The notes beneath the pieces were generated by a model, which saw only the letters and a list, made by a program, of their open reading frames with translations, searched no databases and was not told the DNA's origin. From Mobula hypostoma (lineage: Eukaryota), in assembly GCF_963921235.1 (NCBI RefSeq), contig NC_086108.1, forward strand, positions 20,956,001-21,020,000: a stretch of DNA of 64,000 nt. Reading direction: 5' to 3'. Numbering within the stretch: the stretch's first letter is position 1; every line of letters starts with the position of its first letter. Below, piece after piece: positions 58,405 to 64,000 of this stretch. The position numbers and the translations under genes are program-made.

Positions 58405-61400
58405 TGTTGTGTATTTAATATTTCAGCAATACTTGAGTGATATTGTATATACATATGTTATGATTAAGCATTCTATTGTTTACATAATTCAATACAGGTT
58501 ATATGTAAAAGTACATGAATGACATACTTCATTACGCCACCACATCATAAGTGCTCACTTCACTAAAATAAAAATGTAACTAGATTACACAAGTTATTCC
58601 CAGCTCCATGTTTTTCTTTCAATTAGTTTTATGATTTAGAGTTACAAAACATAACAGTGGCAACAAGGAAGTTTTAAACGAACCTAAGACGACAACCTAC
58701 CTGTTAAAGTGCAGCAAGATGTTCAAGTTTTTTTTAAAAGCACAGCACACAGTTCTTCTGGAAGTAGCAGAGATGGTCAAGTTTAAAAAAAGGCAAAAAA
58801 TGTACAAAATTCAGGGGTTCATGAACAGTGAGTACAGAGTGATAATAATATTTAAAAATCAGAAATGGTTGGCTACATGGGAAAAATAGATGCATTCGAC
58901 TGCACAAGGGATAACTGAATTGAACAGTATCTTGAAGCAAATGAAATACCCAATGGAAAGCGATTGCCAGATTTGCTGAGTGCATTGGGTGGAAAGGCAT
59001 ACAGTTTGCTTAGAAGTTTGACCAAAATTAGCATTTAAAGAATTCATGAACATTTAGAACCAAAACCAGCATTGACTGCAGAATGCTTTAGGTTTCATAT
59101 GTGGAATCAAAAGGAAGGGGAGTCCACTTCAGCGTATGTGGTTGAATTAAAGTTGCCTGAGCGTTGTCAGTTCAGTACTGGATGTACTGACGCACTAAGA
59201 GATTATTTAGTTCATGTAACCTTACAAGAAAGCATTTGAAAATGGCTCTTAACTAAAGAACAACTCACATTTCATAGAGCAGTTGAAATTGCTGTATAAA
59301 TGGAAACAGCAAAGAAGCAATTGAGTTGCAGTCAGGAATGAAAGTGAGTGTGAAGAAAACTGCAATGTCTAAACAGACACCTGCCTGGCCAAACAAATTG
59401 TGCTATCATTGTGGCAGGGGCTCACATACACTAGAACAATGCAGGTTTAAAGATGAACCTGGCAGAAAATGCAACAAAGTAGGACACATACAAAGAACAT
59501 GTTGGACAGACAAAAATAAATGGACTGCACAGGGAAGAGATAAAGATAAAAAGTCAAGGTGCAGTTTCAAAACGAGTACTAATCTGCATGTTGTTCATGA
59601 AAAATCTGATAATTATGAGAGTGACAGAGGACTGGATAGACAAGATTTATTAGTGTGAAAACTAACAAGAGGCAGGCAATATTGCTTATACCAGAAGTGA
59701 ATGGCATATTAATTAAAATGGAATTGCACACTAATTCAGCTGTTTCAGTCATTCCACAAATGAGTTTGAACAGCATTTCCAAGATACTGAACTGAAGCCT
59801 GCAGATATCCAACTAAGAACTTATACTGGTGAAAAGATAACTCCAGTGGAAATGACATAACAGTGAAATACAACAAGCCACTTTGGGCTTGTATGTAGTA
59901 TAAACAGGAGGGCCAGCATTGTGGTACATGATTGGTTGAAACACTACAACTTGATTGGAGATCCATACACTATTTGCACAATGCATCCCCTGCAACAGAG
60001 TGAACTGAAAGCAGATTAATAAAGGGTACTGGATGATGCCACAGCAGTGATCAAGGATGGGATTGGCAAACTCAAACATATCAAGGATAAAATAGTGTTA
60101 AAGGAAAATACCACACCCAACTTTCATGAAGCTCATCCAGTTCCTTGCACTATCTGTGCTAAAGTAGCCCAGTGAGCTGGAATGCATGGAGGCTAAAGAA
60201 ATTCTTTCCAAGATTGAGTGAAGCCCATGGGCAATTCCAGTGGTCTCAATAGCCAAGAAGAATGTCAGGATCTCTGGTGATTTTAATGTCACCATTAACC
60301 TAGTGCTAAAAGTAAACTGATATCTTCTGCCAGGAATAGAGGATATCTTTGCAAAGTTTTCTGGAGGGTAACAAGCGGGCAGATAAGGCCTACCTACAGT
60401 TGAAGATGAAAGGAGTCCAAAGTGTTTCTCACCATAAACACTCACGAAGGGCCTTACTGCTATAATAGGCTTATTTTTGGAGTAGCATCTACACCAGCAC
60501 TCTGGCAGAAAGTTATGGAAGGCTGTAAGGCTGTAAGGCTGCCAAGGCACTCAGTGTTACCTGGATATTATCATTGTTACTGATGAGGAAGACAAGGAAC
60601 ATCTGCAAAATCTCAAGACAGTGTTAAAAAGATTAGAAGATTATGGGCTCAGAACAACAATGCTACAGGTATGAATTCTTTAAATCAAGCTTCACTACTG
60701 TGGTCACACCATTGATGCACGAGTGTAACACACTGTAAGGTTTCACTGCTAATGTAATAGTTTCTCTGTAGCAGCAATGTTTGGGTTATGACTAGAGATA
60801 ACTGGCTTTGGAATGTGGGGCTATCCAATGAGAGGGATGTTGTTCTCTCTTGTGGGTCTGGGATCAGGGATTCCGCAGTCTTTTGCTGGGGAGAGATGAG
60901 GAGAGAAGACATGAATGGAGAGAGCTGGTAGACCACCGGACAGAGTGGACTTGAAGCGAGGGTCCGAAGATCAGTGATGCTCGGAGGATGTCGATGGTAG
61001 ACGAACAACCTTATCAGTAAGCTCGAACATTACACTGTTTCATGAGAATGGGCCCTTTTCTTTTGTTAGTTTCTTTACTAACCATATAGTCAAATTTAGA
61101 ATTATAAAGCTCAATCGTTTAATCACATATTGTGTATTGTTTGTTATTTCGTGGTACTGATTTGTAACTGAGGACACATTGCGCAGCATCCACCCAAACA
61201 AGACTTCTTAAGTTTAGCCAGGTGCTAGCCAAACCAAAGGTTACACAAGAATTACAACAGTGTGCTGAGAAAATTCAAGCAGTGGTGGATGCCCCAAGAC
61301 AAAGAGCATGTCACAGTTGTAGTCCCTTTTAGGATTTGTCAATTACTATAGCAGGTTTCCTGCCAAACCTGGCTACTGTGCTCCACCCCTTGAACTCATT

Positions 61401-62130
61401 ACTACAGAGCTGAAAGAAATGGCAGTAGACAAAGCAGTGTGAGGAGGCTTTCCAAAAGACAAAGGAAATGGTGACATCAGCCACTAACACATTATGATCT
61501 ACATCATCCAGTGAAGTTGCCTGTGACACCTCGCCAGATGGTATAAGGAGCAGTCATGTCACATGTTATGAGTGATGGAAGTGAACACCCAGTTTGTTGC
61601 AGTACAGTTTCAGTCATTTCTGAAAAATAATGAACCAAGACTATTACATCTACACCGTACAACCAAGCTACCAATGGCATGGTGGAAAAGTTTTGACCAG
61701 ACTCTAAAGAACACACTACAGGAAAAGTCATCAAACAGCACTACACTGATAGTGAATCAGAAGCTCGCCAATTTCCTCCTTGGATATACATATTGTAATG
61801 TAGCACCGTCCACAAACAACAACTCACCAGCAATGCTTTTCCTGGGACCCTTGTGCTCACACTTTGATCTGCTCAAACTCAAAAGGAGAATGCAGGACAA
61901 ACAGCTGAGACAAATTGCAGCTCCTCAAACAATGAGGTTTGATGTTTCACTCCTGGACAAGCAGTCCTGGTGAGGGATTAACGAGGTGATCAAAAGTGGG
62001 TAATCACAAAGATTAAGGACAGAAGTGGACCACTCTCTTATAGTGGAGATTACATCTGATATCATCTGGAGACAACATATCAATCAGTTGAGAGCAGAGT
62101 CAACTATTAGAGAAAAAAATGTGTCCAGAG
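58405..62130 (+). mobile_element. Decayed Mag-like Gypsy LTR retrotransposon; 5' LTR present, 3' LTR missing
   Basis: LTR 58405-58656 (tgttgtg..cataaca); PBS tggcaacaagga (tRNA-Ser-like); twin knuckles CYHCGRGSH..C..CNKVGHIQRTC; protease MELHTNSAVSVI; RT CYLDIII; RH and IN remnants with an internal deletion near 61590. Confidence 0.82.
60724..61245 (+). mobile_element. Solo LTR inserted in the Mag-like RT
   Basis: tgtaac...gttaca termini; flanks cgag / caag (4-bp TSD with one CpG-type change); orientation tentative. Confidence 0.78.
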
Positions 62131-62620
62131 CTGTCAGCACACACAAAATGCTGGAGGAACTCAGCAGGTCAGGCAGCATCAATGGAAAAGAGTACAGTCG
62201 ATATTTCGGACCGAATGGCAGATGGAGATTAATTCACTTAAATGCAAGGCAATGCATTTTTCGAGGCAAGCGAGGGCAGAGCTTAAGTAGTAAATGGTAG
62301 AGCCATGGGGTGAGCTGCAGACCAGAGAGATCTGGAATGTTCATATGTATACGTCTTTGAAAAATAGTGACACAGGTAGATACGGCAGTTATGGCAGAAA
62401 CTGAATTAGCTCAGTCAGGCAATTTTGTTGTGACTGTTGAGTGAGCCAAAGGGCCTGATTCTGTGCTACATAGCTCTATGACTCTGTAATGCTATTGAAA
62501 ATGGCAGAATTTTACTACCTTTAACCCAAGAACTTCCTGATTGTATTTGGTAGCTTTCGTTTTCCTAGAATCTTTTCCCAGGTTAGCCAAGTTTCAACCC
62601 TGAATCAATAAGATTCAATG

Positions 62621-64000
62621 AAACATAGAAACATAGAAAAATAGGTGCAGGAGTAGGCCATTCGGCCCTTCGAGCCTGCACCGCCATTCAGTATGATCAT
62701 GGCTGATCATCCAACTCAGAACCCTGTACCAGCCTTCCCTCCATACCCCCTGATCCCTTTAGCCACAAGGGCCATATCTAACTCCCTCTTAAATATAGCC
62801 AATGAACTGGCCTCAACTGTTTCCTGTGGCAGAGAATTCCACAGATTCACCACTCTCTGTGTGAAAAAGTTTTTCCTAATCTGGGTCCTAAAAGGCTTCC
62901 CCTTTATCCTCAAACTGTGACCCCTCGTTCTGGACTTCCCCAACATCGGGAACAATCTTCCTGCATCTAGCCTGTCCAATCCCTTTAGGATTTTATACGT
63001 TTCAACCAGATCTCCACTCAATCTTCTAAATTCCAACAAGTATAAGCCTAGGTCATCCAGCCTTTCATCATATGAAAGTCCTGCCATCCCAGGAATCAAT
63101 CTGGTGAACCGTCTTTGTACTCTCTCTATGGCAAGGATGTCTTTCCTCCGATTAGGGGACCAGAACTGCACACAATACTCCAGGTGTGGTCTCATCAAGG
63201 CCTTGTACAACTGCAGTAGTACCTCCCTGCTCCTGTACTCGAATCCTCTTGCTATAAATGCCAGCATACCATTCGCCTTTTTCACCGCCTGCTGTACCTG
63301 CATGCCCACTTTCAATGACTGGTGTATAATGACACCCAGGTCTCGTTGCACCTCCCCTTTTCCTAATCGGCCACCATTCAACTAATAATCTGTTTTCCTG
63401 TTTTTGCCACCAAACTGGATAACTTCACATTTATCCACATTAAATTGCATCTGCCATGAATTTGCCCACTCACCTAACCTATCCAAGTCACCCTGCATCC
63501 TCTTAGCATCCTCCTCACAGCTAACACTGCCACCCAGCTTCGTGTCATCCGCAAACTTGGAGCTGCTGCATTTAATTCCCTCATCCAAGTCATTAATATA
63601 TATTGTAAACAACTGGGGTCCCAGCACTGAGCCTTGCGGTACCCCACTAGTCACTGCCTGCCATTCTGAAAAGGTCCCGTTTATTCCCACTCTTTGCTTC
63701 CTGTCTGCCAACCAATTCTCTATCTACATCAATATCTTACCCCCAATACCGTGTGCTTTAAGTTTACACACTAATCTCCTGTGTGGGACCTTGTCAAAAG
63801 CCTTTTGAAAATCCAAATATACCACATCCACTGGTTCTCCCCTATCCACTCTACTAGTTACATCCTCAAAAAATTCTATGAGATTCGTCAGACATGATTT
63901 TCCTTTCACAAATCCATGCTGACTTTGTCCGATAATTTCACCGCTTTCCAAATGTGCTGTTATCACATCTTTGATAACTGACTCTAGCAGTTTCCCCACC
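62621..64000 (-). mobile_element. Young CR1 LINE, RT to 3' end, runs off the window edge
   Basis: One reading frame with two premature stops (63724, 63382): QHGFVKGKSCLTNL, YLDFQKAFDKVPH, GVPQGSVLGP, KFADDTK; (ctatgttt)n tail. Confidence 0.96.

Noticed and set aside
19656..64000. RALGPS2 non-coding exon 1 / CpG-island promoter
   Set aside because: The CpG-rich patches I noticed are attributable to TEs; exon 1 could not be located.
62621..64000. Active CR1
   Set aside because: Two in-frame stops in RT; young but not intact.

Overview
Eukaryotic, AT-rich, very repeat-dense vertebrate DNA. The repeat repertoire (HE1/V-SINE-like SINEs, abundant CR1, Rex1/Babar, Penelope pLTR derivatives) suggests a cartilaginous fish, probably a ray; this is an inference. 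The only host gene I can support is RALGPS2 on the minus strand. Its start-codon exon is 19535-19655 (MDLPNGQSSTIYCPATASE) and its next exon is 8265-8372 ([36 protein letters not shown]). The remainder is intronic or upstream sequence filled with transposable elements. Most notable are: (1) a Penelope-like element plus ~220-bp TSD-flanked palindromic derivatives centred on a minimal hammerhead-ribozyme motif; (2) a two-LTR Gmr1-like Gypsy with integrase upstream of RT, inside a five-level nest; (3) a 2.3-kb 'half-L1' with both ends and a 15-bp TSD just upstream of the start exon; (4) CAGACATCCC-ended hAT elements with apparent 6-bp TSDs; (5) mosaic MITEs; (6) a HERO-type restriction-like endonuclease fragment; (7) tandem-duplicated uORFs in the RALGPS2 5'UTR. 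All family assignments come from motif recognition by eye, not database searches. Boundaries of old repeats are approximate.
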